From an uncultured delta proteobacterium (lineage in GTDB: Bacteria > Desulfobacterota > Binatia > Binatales > Binataceae): a DNA stretch of 64,000 nt. Positions 50,948 to 61,152 of the stretch are shown in pieces (the first letter of the stretch is position 1; each line of letters opens with the position of its first letter). Where the stretch lies: positions 32,001 to 96,000 of the forward strand of contig CAVXXK010000003.1 in NCBI GenBank assembly GCA_963765675.1, given 5' to 3'. Made by a program: the position numbers and the translations under genes. The notes under the pieces are model-generated. The model was not told where the DNA came from. It did not search any database and saw only the letters and a list, made by a program, of their open reading frames with translations.

Positions 50948-52507
50948 TTACTCATCGTCGCGGCGAGAACGCTCGCCGGTATCCGGGTTCAGAAATAGAC
51001 GCGGCGTACGATGATGGCCGGTGAAGTCGAACATGTTCGTGAGCGGGCCGGCGATTGCGTCGTAGGATCCTCCGCCGATCCTCCCGGTTGACCAATTGTC
51101 CTCGATAAAACGCAAGATCGAGGTCTGGTCCGTGATTGTATGGTCAACGAAGTTCGACCGCGCGTACGGCGAAATGATCAGCAACGGCAATCGCGGACCG
51201 TAACCGCATCGCGCCTCGGCGTCGCCGAGCGAAGGGTCGCCTGATCCACAGATCCCGCTGCCGCTCAGCGCGTCGATGGGTGACGCCGAGCCGTTGAAGA
51301 TCGGGCTCATCTGATGATCATAGTCGCCGTCGCTGTCGTCGAAGGCGACTATGATCGCCATGTTTTTCCATTGGGGCGTCTTCTCGAGTGCGTTGATTGT
51401 CTGGACCAGGAACACCTGCTCGTCCAGAGGATCCGAAATTCCTCCGGCATGTCCTGTCTGATAGCGCTCCGCCTTGACATAGCTCACCGCGGGCAGGTTA
51501 TCGGCGTGCGCAGCGGTGAGAAGATCGTTGAGGTCGTATTCGTGGTTGGCCGGGCCCGAATACCCGATCTCAGCGACATCAGCGGGCCGGATATGAGCGA
51601 GGTTGCTGGTTTGAGGATAATACTGAAACGGCGTGTATTGGCCGTTGTAATCGAGAATCGTCATGCCACTTACCGGATTGACATGACTGCGCTTGCATCC
51701 TGTGGTGCCGTTGGGGTTGACCGCTTGCAGATTGAAACCGCCCTCGAATGAACCCCAGGTGATTCCTTTTGCATTCAACAGATCACCGAAGTTCGTTCCT
51801 GACATTTGAACTGTCTGGCTGGCGCTGGCGAAGCAGACGTCGCCGGTCGGCTGCGCGTTTGCGATGAGCGTCCCGTCCAGAACGAGCGCCGAGTTGGGCG
51901 GAGTTGATATCGCACCGTTGGCCTGTCCCGAAACCAGGTTGATGTGCCCCGGCAGCGTGCTGCCGAAAGTGGTGTTGTATGAATTGTCGCTCATGGCAAA
52001 CCGCTGCGCGTAATTCCACAACGCGGTCACCGTGTTACCGTCGAAATAGCCCATCACGAATCCGCTGCCATGGCCGTAGTCAGGGCATCCCGCCGGAACC
52101 GGAGTTATCGCAACGAACTTGTCCATCAGGCCCATGTCGAACTGTTGCTGTTCGGCCATATACCCGTTCGCGGCGTCGCAGGTGAAAGCCTGCGAGCGAT
52201 CGTAGCGGAATGGATTAACGCCGTTGGGATTGGAGCTCAGCAACGCCTCGGTCAGTCCGTTCACTGACGGGGTGTCGGGAGCCGCGACGAATTTCGGCTC
52301 GCCTGTAGGATTGGCGGCATTGGGATAGGTGCCGAAGTAATGATCGAAGCTCTCGTTTTCCTGGAAGATAACCACCAGATGCTTGATCGGCGTGGTGGTT
52401 GGGAATCCGTCGGCCTCGTCGGCGGCGGCATACGTCGCCAGGAGGCTCGCCGCCAGTACGAGCGCCAGCGCGATAGCACACGGCAACCTCGGAACAGATC
52501 GATGCAT
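50948..52507 (-). CDS. Secreted phosphoesterase (phospholipase C / AcpA family)
   Basis: Signal peptide; IKHLVVIFQENESFDHYFG, PAVSYVK, DDSDGDYDH, GPRLPLLIISP and SILRFIE motifs. Confidence 0.9.
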   Translation of the reverse strand: MHRSVPRLPCAIALALVLAASLLATYAAADEADGFPTTTPIKHLVVIFQENESFDHYFGTYPNAANPTGEPKFVAAPDTPSVNGLTEALLSSNPNGVNPFRYDRSQAFTCDAANGYMAEQQQFDMGLMDKFVAITPVPAGCPDYGHGSGFVMGYFDGNTVTALWNYAQRFAMSDNSYNTTFGSTLPGHINLVSGQANGAISTPPNSALVLDGTLIANAQPTGDVCFASASQTVQMSGTNFGDLLNAKGITWGSFEGGFNLQAVNPNGTTGCKRSHVNPVSGMTILDYNGQYTPFQYYPQTSNLAHIRPADVAEIGYSGPANHEYDLNDLLTAAHADNLPAVSYVKAERYQTGHAGGISDPLDEQVFLVQTINALEKTPQWKNMAIIVAFDDSDGDYDHQMSPIFNGSASPIDALSGSGICGSGDPSLGDAEARCGYGPRLPLLIISPYARSNFVDHTITDQTSILRFIEDNWSTGRIGGGSYDAIAGPLTNMFDFTGHHRTPRLFLNPDTGERSRRDDE

Positions 52508-52727
52508 GTGCAGCCCCCCTCTCCGGCGCCTGATGCGCGGTCCCGAACTCATATCAGAGCAGATCTGGCCGACAAAGTGGGTCCTGGAGCCTGGCGCGAT
52601 CGGTTGTGCCGTCGTTTCTTTCGGCGCGAACTCGGGGTAGTAATTTCCGACGATGTGGGTGATCGCGGATCCGATCGGCAGGTGATGGCTGCTGGTTTTC
52701 CGAAGGTCGATCGCGGGGGCTTTTTCG

Positions 52728-53810
52728 ATGAGAAGATTTGCGGGTGGGACAGCGATTGCCGCGATCGTGTTTGCGATGGCGCTCCTTCTCGGCGGCCATT
52801 CGACCGCAGCCGCCGCTTCCCCGCCGCCCATGGCTGCGGAGACGGCTAACCCGCTGCTCAATCCGCCGGTCAGCGACGGCTATCGGCTGCAAGTCGCGAT
52901 CGCGCTGCGCGTGATCAATATTGCCGGCATCGACGAGGTGGCGCAGCACTTCAATGTGGTCGGCTACCTTGTCGCGCGCTGGAAAGATCCGCGCCTTGCG
53001 TTCACGCCGCGCGCGCCGTGGGAGAAATTCCGGACCTATGCACCCGACCAGCTCTGGTGCCCGCATTTCGATTTCGTTAATGGCGTCGTGCCGCACTCGG
53101 CCTATGATGTCACGATTCGCGTGTTTCCCGACGGCACGGTCAGGTACTCCGAGCGCTCAAGCGCAGAGCTGTCGAACACTTTTCGCCTGCGCACGTTTCC
53201 TTTCGATCGGCAAACACTGGAGATACTGATCCATCCGAGCGTCGCAGAAGATCAAACCGTCGAACTAACGCCCGAGCATGGTGCCGAGGCGATAAGCGCT
53301 GAGCCTCGGGTGTACCAGTCGCTGGCACAGTGGACGATCACTGGAACAAATGCGGCGGTCGACCAGGTCCCGGGGTTGAGCGGCGAGTCGATCAGCGAAA
53401 TTCGTTTCACGGTGACAATCGCGCGCCGTTTCAACTTCTACATCTGGAAGGTGTTCCTGCCGCTGTTGCTGATGGTGATGCTGTCGTGGACGGTCTTCTG
53501 GATCGATCCGACCGAATTAAGCAGCCAGGTGCAGATCTCGGTAACGACGATTCTCACGGTGATCGCGTTCGCGTTCGCGATCCAGGCGAACCTGCCCAAA
53601 GTGCCCTACTTAACCTTCATCGATGTCTTCTTCCTGATCAGTTACCTGTTCGTGTTCGCGACCGCTATCGAGATTACCGCGGTTCACTTTGCGGGCCGCA
53701 CCGCAGGGAAGATTGCGCGCGCGCGAAAGATAAACAGCGCCAGTAGAATACTGCTCCCGGCGGCCTTCGCCGTGGTCAACCTCATCATGGCGCTGATTTA
53801 TTTCGGGTAA
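52728..53810 (+). CDS. Prokaryotic pentameric ligand-gated ion channel (GLIC/ELIC-like)
   Basis: Signal peptide; W.DPRL, W.P..DFVN, DGTVRY, FPFD Pro-loop, PL in M1 and LPKVPYLT M2-M3 loop; four TMs. Confidence 0.92.
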   Translation: MRRFAGGTAIAAIVFAMALLLGGHSTAAAASPPPMAAETANPLLNPPVSDGYRLQVAIALRVINIAGIDEVAQHFNVVGYLVARWKDPRLAFTPRAPWEKFRTYAPDQLWCPHFDFVNGVVPHSAYDVTIRVFPDGTVRYSERSSAELSNTFRLRTFPFDRQTLEILIHPSVAEDQTVELTPEHGAEAISAEPRVYQSLAQWTITGTNAAVDQVPGLSGESISEIRFTVTIARRFNFYIWKVFLPLLLMVMLSWTVFWIDPTELSSQVQISVTTILTVIAFAFAIQANLPKVPYLTFIDVFFLISYLFVFATAIEITAVHFAGRTAGKIARARKINSASRILLPAAFAVVNLIMALIYFG

Positions 53811-53933
53811 CCGCGATGTCTGGCCCCGCGACGGCGGCCATAGCTATTTGATATTCATCTCTATCGATAGCGCGATAAGGCGAAACATGGGAATTGATTC
53901 TGTAACGGAGAACATCCGTTGAAGGAGTGAATC

Positions 53934-54308
53934 ATGGCTAATGAGCTCGAAAACAAAGGCAAGGAAGTCCGCACCCGATTGTGGGGAGAGCAAGGGTTCA
54001 AGAGCGGAGATGAGTTCCTGAAAAAATTCGATCAGGGCTTCGCGAAGTTCCTGAACGAGCAGCTCTTCGGCGAAATCTGGAACCGTCCCGGACTACCCAC
54101 CAAGGCGCGATCGATGATCACGGTCGCGGTGCTGATGGCTCTGGGACGCGGGCAGGAACTGCGGTTGCACATGCGCGGCGCGCTGAACTTGGGCATCACG
54201 CCGGAGGAACTCAAGGAGATTATCGTTCACGTCTCGCAATACAGCGGCGTCCCGACCGCGATCGAGGGAATCCGCGCGTTCACCGAGGTAACGACTCCGG
54301 CAAAATAG
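53934..54308 (+). CDS. Carboxymuconolactone decarboxylase-family protein
   Basis: FGEIWNRPGL..RSMITVA, ELRLH.RGAL and YSGVP motifs. Confidence 0.88.
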   Translation: MANELENKGKEVRTRLWGEQGFKSGDEFLKKFDQGFAKFLNEQLFGEIWNRPGLPTKARSMITVAVLMALGRGQELRLHMRGALNLGITPEELKEIIVHVSQYSGVPTAIEGIRAFTEVTTPAK

Positions 54309-54336
54309 AGATCCGAAACAGCCGGCGCGCCTATAC

Positions 54337-54816
54337 TCAGGGCATCGAGGGCATCGAAGGCATACTGCTCGCGCCGGGAACCTTCGAGGTCAGACCGCCG
54401 GTTGCATTGCTCACAGCGCACGAGGCGAGGATGTCGGTGGCATGCGCCGCGACATAGCTTTGCAGCATCGTGGTCGCGCTCGAGAGTGGAAGGCTCGTGC
54501 TGCCCGCAAACGTGGTCGCCGCGGTGGACATGACCGCCGGGCTGCTGAGCACGGACGGGTCTGCGCTGGCGGCATTCGGCACCTGGCTGCTGACCGCCGA
54601 GCATAGCGCACTGTTCGCCGCCGACTGTTGGCTGCCGGTGAGCGTGGCGGCAGCCTGCTGCGCGGACTGCGCCATCGAGCTGGCGCTGTCCTGCGCGCGC
54701 ACGGCGGCAGGACACGCGCTCAAAAACGTGAGCATCGCGACGACAGCAACAAAAAGCACCGATTCCCGCGACCCGCGCGAGACGGACCATCGAGATGTAA
54801 ACGATTGAGAAGTCAT
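54337..54816 (-). CDS. Hypothetical secreted Ala/Ser-rich protein
   Basis: GGAGG RBS, signal ending VRA-Q, MPSMPSMP tail. Confidence 0.6.
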   Translation of the reverse strand: MTSQSFTSRWSVSRGSRESVLFVAVVAMLTFLSACPAAVRAQDSASSMAQSAQQAAATLTGSQQSAANSALCSAVSSQVPNAASADPSVLSSPAVMSTAATTFAGSTSLPLSSATTMLQSYVAAHATDILASCAVSNATGGLTSKVPGASSMPSMPSMP

Positions 54817-54949
54817 CGTAATGTTCCTCCCTGCCTGCATTGCTGGTTCAGTGAGAAGCTTGCGATTTCGGTTAGTAAATTCAGACTCTCACCGGACCTC
54901 GCGAAGCGCAATCGAGAAAGATATTGCCGAACCCCAGGCTTCAGGTAGA

Positions 54950-55140
54950 TTCGGCGGCGACCCGCTTAAGGTGACGATCGCGGGCCAGTCGCAGGCGCGA
55001 TCAGCGCGGGATTGCATATGGTGTCGCCGGGCGCCGCTGGATTGTTCCAGCGCGCAATTCTCGAAAGCGGACCATTCCCTCACGTGCAGACACTCGCCGA
55101 AGCGGAGGTCCGCGGCAAAGAGCTCGCGACCAGGTTCGCG
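54950..55140 (+). pseudogene. Type-B carboxylesterase internal fragment
   Basis: FGGDPLKVTIAGQS, then a 1-nt shift to AGAISAGLHMVSPGAAGLFQRAILESG. Confidence 0.75.
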
Positions 55141-55197
55141 CGGTACCGAGTAGTGAAGCTGAAGGCAATCGTGTAGGAGTTCCGGTTGGAATCGATC

Positions 55198-57795
55198 ATG
55201 AGCGCGATCGTCAAGCCAACGGCCAACGGCACGGAAGCATCGATCCTTAGCAACTGCTCGGGTCTTTCGGAGGCAGAAGCTGCGGCCCGGCTGAAACGCG
55301 ACGGTTATAACGAGCTGACATACCGGCGTCGTCGTACGCTGGGACGAATCGCGCTCGAGGTCGCGAGCGAGCCTATGTTCGGATTGCTGCTCGCGGCGGC
55401 ACTTATTTATCTGATTCTCGGGGAAGCCGTCGAAGCGCTGATTCTTGCGGGCTCGGCCGGCGTCACAATCGTGATCGCGGTTATCCAGGAGAGTCGCACG
55501 GAGGGCGTTCTCGAATCGCTCAGGGATTTAGCGAGTCCGCGTGCCCTCGTCATTCGCGATCGACGCATGCGAAGGATTCCCGGCCGCGAGGTGGTCTGCA
55601 GCGACATCATCGCACTGATTCAAGGTGATCGCGTCCCCGCCGATGCGAGATTGCTATCGGCGAACGACCTCATGGTCGACGAGTCGCTTCTTACCGGCGA
55701 ATCGGTACCGGTATTAAAGGTCGCGCCTGCCGGACCGACGGCTCGTCCAGACGCGAGCGGCGACAATCTGGCTTTCATCTTTTCGGGCAGCATGATTGTG
55801 GCAGGCCATGCAATCGCTGAAGTCATCGCGACTGGCGCATCAACCGAGATCGGGAGGCTCGGAAAAGCGATTGCCACGATTGACGACGAACCATCGCCCC
55901 TGCGTGCAGAGACTCAACGCATGGTGCGGACGCTTGCCGCGCTCGGGTTGATTCTCAGCGGTCTGACAATCCTCCTGTTCGGTCTGAAGCGCGGGTCGTG
56001 GCTCGACGCTGTCCTTTCCGGCATCACGCTTGCCATGTCGATTTTGCCCGAGGAATTCCCATTGGTGCTCACGATTTTTCTCGTCATGGGCGCGTGGCGA
56101 ATCTCGAAGGCACGGGTGCTCACGCGGCGCTCAGCGGCGATCGAAACGCTCGGCGCGGCAACGGTCCTGTGCACCGACAAGACCGGCACACTCACGATGA
56201 ACGAGATGTCGATCGCGGAGCTGCTGGTCGGCGGTTCGGGATTCGTCGTCGGGATCGATGCTGAGACTCTGCCGGCGGAGTTCTGTGAAGTCGTGGAAAT
56301 TGGCGCGCTCGCCAGTGCCGAGGAGCCGATCGATCCTATGGATAAGGCATTTCATGCGCTACTGCGCCGCGTGGGGAAGTTGGACAAGTTACAACGCTGG
56401 TCGCTGGTGCGTGAATACGGCTTAACTCCAACGCTCCTTGCAGTGTCGCATGTATGGAAGGCGCCGGAACACGAAGGATACCTCGTTGCAGCAAAGGGCG
56501 CACCCGAAGCGATAGCCGATCTCTGTGGTCTCGATGAACGAGCAAAGTCCGGGATGCGCCGTCAGATAGATGATATGGCGAGACGCGGTATGCGCATCCT
56601 GGGAGTCGCGCAGGCCACATTTAAGGGATCCTCGTTGCCCGCAGACCAAACGGGCTTTTCGTTCGGGTTCGTTGGGCTGGCTGGTCTCGCCGATCCCATT
56701 AGAGCGACCGTGCCCGAAGCGGTGCGGAACTGCCGTCGCGCCGGAATCCGCGTGGTCATGATCACCGGAGATTACCCTGCGACGGCTAAGGCAATTGCCG
56801 CGCAGGCGGGACTTGATTATTCGAGTGAAGCGGTGACTGGCGATGCGCTGGCCGCGATGGACGATGCGGCGCTGCGCGATTGTGTGCGCGATGCCTCGGT
56901 TTTTGCGCGCATTTCCCCGCAGCAGAAACTTCGCATCGTGAACGCTCTCAAGGCGAACGGTGAAGTGGTGGCGATGACCGGAGACGGCGTCAACGATGCG
57001 CCATCGCTCAAGGCTGCGCACATAGGAATCGCGATGGGGGGACGCGGTACAGATACCGCACGCGAGGCCGCGTCGTTGATTCTCCTGGATGACGATTTCG
57101 GTTCGATCGTCGCGGCGATCAGGCTCGGACGGCGCATCTACGACAATCTGCGCAAGGCGATGAGCTACCTGCTGTCTGTGCATGTGCCCATCGCAGGTCT
57201 GACGATTTTGCCGCTGCTGTTCGATTGGCCGATCGTCTTCTGGCCGGTGCACATAGCGTTTCTGGAATTGATCATCGACCCAGTCTCGTCGATTGTCTTC
57301 GAAGCGGAGAAGGAGGAAGCCGATGTCATGCGACGATCACCGCGAGCCCCGACCGCTCGCCTCTTTTCCTTCGCGACGGTCGCACGCAGCTTGATCGAAG
57401 GTGCCTGGGTGTTCGGTATTTGCACTTCTATCTTCATCTTCGCAATCTGGAGCCGCATCAGCGATGCGGAGGTTCGCTCGCTTACATTCGCGTCTGTTGT
57501 AGCGGGTAACCTTGGTCTGGTGCTTGTTAATCGATCACTTCGGACTTCGATCGCTTCCAGCGTGACCAAAGGAAATCTCACGCTCTGGTTGATACTCGTA
57601 ACGACAATTGTTCTGCTTGCTATCTCCATAGCATTCGCGCCTGTGCGCCAGTTGTTCCGATTTGGACCGATGCATACGGACGATCTCACGCTGGTACTCG
57701 TCAGCGCAGTCGCGACGGTCCTGGTTCTGAAGGCTATGCGAAAGCTATTTCCTAATGAGGTAGTGGGAGGAATCGAGCCTCCGACGCCGAGCTAG
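55198..57795 (+). CDS. Cation-translocating P-type ATPase (P2-like)
   Basis: TGES, PEEF, DKTGT, KGAPE, TGD and GDGVNDAP motifs. Confidence 0.95.
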   Translation: MSAIVKPTANGTEASILSNCSGLSEAEAAARLKRDGYNELTYRRRRTLGRIALEVASEPMFGLLLAAALIYLILGEAVEALILAGSAGVTIVIAVIQESRTEGVLESLRDLASPRALVIRDRRMRRIPGREVVCSDIIALIQGDRVPADARLLSANDLMVDESLLTGESVPVLKVAPAGPTARPDASGDNLAFIFSGSMIVAGHAIAEVIATGASTEIGRLGKAIATIDDEPSPLRAETQRMVRTLAALGLILSGLTILLFGLKRGSWLDAVLSGITLAMSILPEEFPLVLTIFLVMGAWRISKARVLTRRSAAIETLGAATVLCTDKTGTLTMNEMSIAELLVGGSGFVVGIDAETLPAEFCEVVEIGALASAEEPIDPMDKAFHALLRRVGKLDKLQRWSLVREYGLTPTLLAVSHVWKAPEHEGYLVAAKGAPEAIADLCGLDERAKSGMRRQIDDMARRGMRILGVAQATFKGSSLPADQTGFSFGFVGLAGLADPIRATVPEAVRNCRRAGIRVVMITGDYPATAKAIAAQAGLDYSSEAVTGDALAAMDDAALRDCVRDASVFARISPQQKLRIVNALKANGEVVAMTGDGVNDAPSLKAAHIGIAMGGRGTDTAREAASLILLDDDFGSIVAAIRLGRRIYDNLRKAMSYLLSVHVPIAGLTILPLLFDWPIVFWPVHIAFLELIIDPVSSIVFEAEKEEADVMRRSPRAPTARLFSFATVARSLIEGAWVFGICTSIFIFAIWSRISDAEVRSLTFASVVAGNLGLVLVNRSLRTSIASSVTKGNLTLWLILVTTIVLLAISIAFAPVRQLFRFGPMHTDDLTLVLVSAVATVLVLKAMRKLFPNEVVGGIEPPTPS

Positions 57796-58264
57796 CTCAC
57801 GCTGATAGCCCTAGCGAGTCTCACGGCACAAGAACTGTGTGAAATCAGATAAAGCTTACGGCTTTATCGCCAGAAATAATGCGCAGCAAATTCCGCCGCG
57901 ATCTCAGCAGTTTTCGCGGCCAGCCCAAGATCGATCAGGTGTTCTTCACATTATGCTTTGCTGCTGATACTGAAATAACGACGAGCTCGCCATTACTTGA
58001 GCCATCCCGCGATATAGGCGGCATCTCCCCGATGGAAGCGCTGTCGCGCAGATAATGCAAATATTCTCTCGCTGGCTCCAGGAGCAATCGGAGATGAATC
58101 AGACTTCGCAAAGATTCATCACTGCGACCCGTGGGACTCGATCCAGTTCTGATTTCGGCTAGCACATCTCCCGCTGCCCGACCGCAAGTTCCAAGGGCTC
58201 AGTTGAAAAAAGTCCAGCCACGCATTTTTCAGGCGATTTGTGACGGTTCGCAGCATGGGATTGC

Positions 58265-58843
58265 CTAGCTGGACTCGTCTTTCAATGATCGCAGCGAATT
58301 GATTTCCCGCTGCCATTGTCCGGCCAGCACCTTTCCGTAGATGACCACCGCTATGTAAATGAATAGAAACACGCCGGTCATGACAGCGGGAAATGCCCAG
58401 CTCGGATCGCGAGAACCGGCTGCCAGTCCGACGACAACAAGCACGAAGCCGGGAATTGCAAGGCCGATGCCCCACGGCCAGGAAAGGGCGATGTCGCGCT
58501 GCCGCTCGAGCTGCCGTTGATGATAGGCCGCGCAGGTCTGCGCGCTGGAACTCGCCGGGGCCGTGACCGTCGAGCCGAATCGATGCAACCCGTACATCGA
58601 GAACAAGGCCCAAATGACCATCAGCGCAGAACCGACACGCACCAGCGCGCCGTCAAGCAGAATGCCGTAGGCGAAAAGGGCGGCGGTCAACGCAAAGCTG
58701 ACATGGTCTCGCAGGTTTCGGCGACGAATCGCCGACTCGAATCGCGCGGCTCGCGTGCGGAGCTGGTCCGGCGTCATCTGCAGGGCAGTGACGGCTTGAC
58801 CTCTCCAGATCGCGCGAAGTTTTTCTTCATCACGAATGGGCAT
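58265..58843 (-). CDS. Membrane protein, putative anti-sigma factor
   Basis: Four TMs with N-terminal L..IW; 13 nt downstream of the ECF sigma gene. Confidence 0.6.
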   Translation of the reverse strand: MPIRDEEKLRAIWRGQAVTALQMTPDQLRTRAARFESAIRRRNLRDHVSFALTAALFAYGILLDGALVRVGSALMVIWALFSMYGLHRFGSTVTAPASSSAQTCAAYHQRQLERQRDIALSWPWGIGLAIPGFVLVVVGLAAGSRDPSWAFPAVMTGVFLFIYIAVVIYGKVLAGQWQREINSLRSLKDESS

Positions 58844-58856
58844 GACAATCTCCAGC

Positions 58857-59414
58857 TCAGAAATAGCGTTGCAGAACCTTCTTGGTCCGATGAATCTTCT
58901 GGGCGATGTTGGCCGGCGACAGGCCCGTCACCTCGCCGATAGCCGCGGCGTCGGCGCCTTCCAGATAGAGCAGCATCACGTCCCGGTCCAAGGGTTTGAG
59001 CCGCTGGATGATCGCGCGCAGCCTGCCAAGCACGGTTGATTCGTCTAACGCACGCTCGGTATCGGACTCGCCGGGCAGATCCTCCAGCTCTTCCAGACTG
59101 ACCAGGCGCGAAAGCCGGAAACGCTTCTGTCGCCGCGCGTAGGTCGACGCGGTGTTATGAGCTACTCGATAGACCCAGGTGCGAAGCGAGCACTGATTGC
59201 GAAATCCTGCGAAACTGCGCCACAACGCAAGATGAATTTCCTGCAGAAGATCCTGCTGCTGGGCGCGATCGAACTCATAGGCTGCCGCCATTCGGGCCAG
59301 CGAACGGCCGAACTCCGCGCCAGCCTTGAGGTACCAGAACTCCGCGTCCTGCCTCTCGTCCGAGGCTTTTTCCGCGCTGATACCCTTCCCGAGCGATGGC
59401 GCCCGATAGTGCAT
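58857..59414 (-). CDS. ECF RNA polymerase sigma factor
   Basis: DLLQEIHLALWRS, TWVYRVAHN and LYLEG...IGEVTGLS region 4. Confidence 0.9.
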   Translation of the reverse strand: MHYRAPSLGKGISAEKASDERQDAEFWYLKAGAEFGRSLARMAAAYEFDRAQQQDLLQEIHLALWRSFAGFRNQCSLRTWVYRVAHNTASTYARRQKRFRLSRLVSLEELEDLPGESDTERALDESTVLGRLRAIIQRLKPLDRDVMLLYLEGADAAAIGEVTGLSPANIAQKIHRTKKVLQRYF

Positions 59415-59673
59415 ACCCAAGATAGTCGCCGGCGCGTGGATGTTCTGACAAACCGGAGTCCGAAGAACGATCGGAGCGACAGAAAAAATGTTGGGTCAAC
59501 CGGCTACAACGCGAATTCGTTGCACGACCCATTGTGCGCTATCACCGTCCCGTTGCGATTCTCAAGTCCGGCAAGCAGAACCTTGATGCGCGTGCACGTG
59601 CGATTTCCTAGGATGGACTATCGCGCCGGATCACGGAGCATGTTCGTAACGAGTCAATCGCCTGACGGCGTGC

Positions 59674-60507
59674 TTATTTCGCCTCGACGACCGTCGTTGG
59701 CTTGACGAACTTCAGGGTCATGCGGTCGCTCTCGCCGATTGCGAGATACTTGTCGCGATCGGTTGCTCCCTGGCGCAGGGTTGGCGGCAGATTCCAGACC
59801 GGATGGTTTCGATCGTCCTTGGGATTCGCGTTGATCTCCGAGGTGCCCATCAGCTTGAAACCGGCCTGCTCCGCTAATTTGATCACATAGTCCTGGCGCA
59901 TGTAGCCGTTCTTCGCCTTCGGATCCTGCGGCTGCGTTGGATCGGCGCGATGGTCGGTTACTCCCAGGACCCCGCCAGGTTTCAGCGCATGATAGAAAGC
60001 CTTGAAATAATCTTCCGCGGTGCCGTGCGCGAGCCAATCGTGAACGTTGCGAAACGTCAGGACCATATCGGCCGAGCCTGCGGGCGCGATCGCGGTTTCG
60101 GCCGGAGGATCGAGCCTTGTCACGATGACGTGGCCGTAGAGCGCCGGATCGGATTTGAGCTTGTCCTCGAACGCCTTCGCGCCGCGTCCGCTCCCGACCG
60201 CTTCGTATAGCTTTCCGTGATCCTTGAGAAATGGCGCGAGGATTTCCGTGTACCATCCCTGCCCCGGTGAGATCTCGACCACCGTCATGTCGGGTTTGAT
60301 TCCAAAAAAGGTCAGCGTCTCGAGCGGGTGGCGATATTTGTCTCGCGCTTTGTTCGCGTCGGAGCGCTGCGGTCCGTCGATCGCCGCTTTGAGACCGGGA
60401 ATTGCGGCCGAATCGTTCTGTGCAGCCGTCGCCGAAAAAATCGGCCAGAGCGCGACCATCGTCAGGGTAAGCAGGACAAGCAGTGGGAATTTGATTCGAT
60501 GATTCAC
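59674..60507 (-). CDS. Predicted exported SAM-dependent methyltransferase (COG4798-like)
   Basis: Signal peptide; RDKYRHP.ETL.FFG, PGQGWYT, LKPGG, SEINANPKD and IGESDRMTLKF motifs. Confidence 0.85.
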   Translation of the reverse strand: MNHRIKFPLLVLLTLTMVALWPIFSATAAQNDSAAIPGLKAAIDGPQRSDANKARDKYRHPLETLTFFGIKPDMTVVEISPGQGWYTEILAPFLKDHGKLYEAVGSGRGAKAFEDKLKSDPALYGHVIVTRLDPPAETAIAPAGSADMVLTFRNVHDWLAHGTAEDYFKAFYHALKPGGVLGVTDHRADPTQPQDPKAKNGYMRQDYVIKLAEQAGFKLMGTSEINANPKDDRNHPVWNLPPTLRQGATDRDKYLAIGESDRMTLKFVKPTTVVEAK

Positions 60508-60621
60508 TCGGATGGACCTCTTCTGGTTATGGCGAAATGCGGTCGCGAAATGCATGATGCTTTCTGCTCCGCGCGCATCAATTCTATTCCGTGCTCACGC
60601 TGCGGGCGAGAGTGAGGAGCC

Positions 60622-61131
60622 GTGCTGCATCGACTCGGGAAAATCGGCGGATGGCTGCGGCGCGAGGCCGCGGAAGCGCGTCCCGTCTTTCTTTTCTTCC
60701 TGATCGGATTTCTGCTCCAGCTTTTGATTATCAAGCTGGTGCTGGCCGAGTTCTCGATTCCGCTGTTCGCAATTTCCAAGGCTCTCCTCGGCGCCGTCCT
60801 GGCAGCGAAGGCGGTCCTGATCCTCGATACTACCCACCTCGCGCGAAAGCTCGAGCGCTATCCCCGTGCGATCGCGGTCGCGATCAAGACGATCCTGTAC
60901 GGGGGCGGCACCCTGATACTCGGGTACCTCGAACGATTGATCGAGGCGATCTTTCGGACCGGCTCGCTCGACGGAGCGATCAGAAGCATCACGGAGCAGA
61001 CGAATCTGGACCGGTTCTTCGCCTGGATATTGGGGATCAGCCTGGTGTTCGCGATCTACTTCGTATGGTCGGAGATCAGCGAACGGATGGGCGAAGGCGC
61101 GCTCTGGGCGCTGTTTTTCGAATGGCCCTGA
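60622..61131 (+). CDS. Hypothetical membrane protein
   Basis: About four TMs; GAGGAG RBS. Confidence 0.65.
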   Translation: MLHRLGKIGGWLRREAAEARPVFLFFLIGFLLQLLIIKLVLAEFSIPLFAISKALLGAVLAAKAVLILDTTHLARKLERYPRAIAVAIKTILYGGGTLILGYLERLIEAIFRTGSLDGAIRSITEQTNLDRFFAWILGISLVFAIYFVWSEISERMGEGALWALFFEWP

Positions 61132-61152
61132 GACAGAAATCTATAATTCCGC

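Noticed and set aside
50948-52861. 637-aa extended version of the phosphoesterase
   Set aside because: The extension overlaps the divergent pLGIC gene; the signal peptide supports a start near 52507.
57796-58264. Short ORFs in the AT-richer gap
   Set aside because: No RBS or motif support; cannot be assigned without a search.
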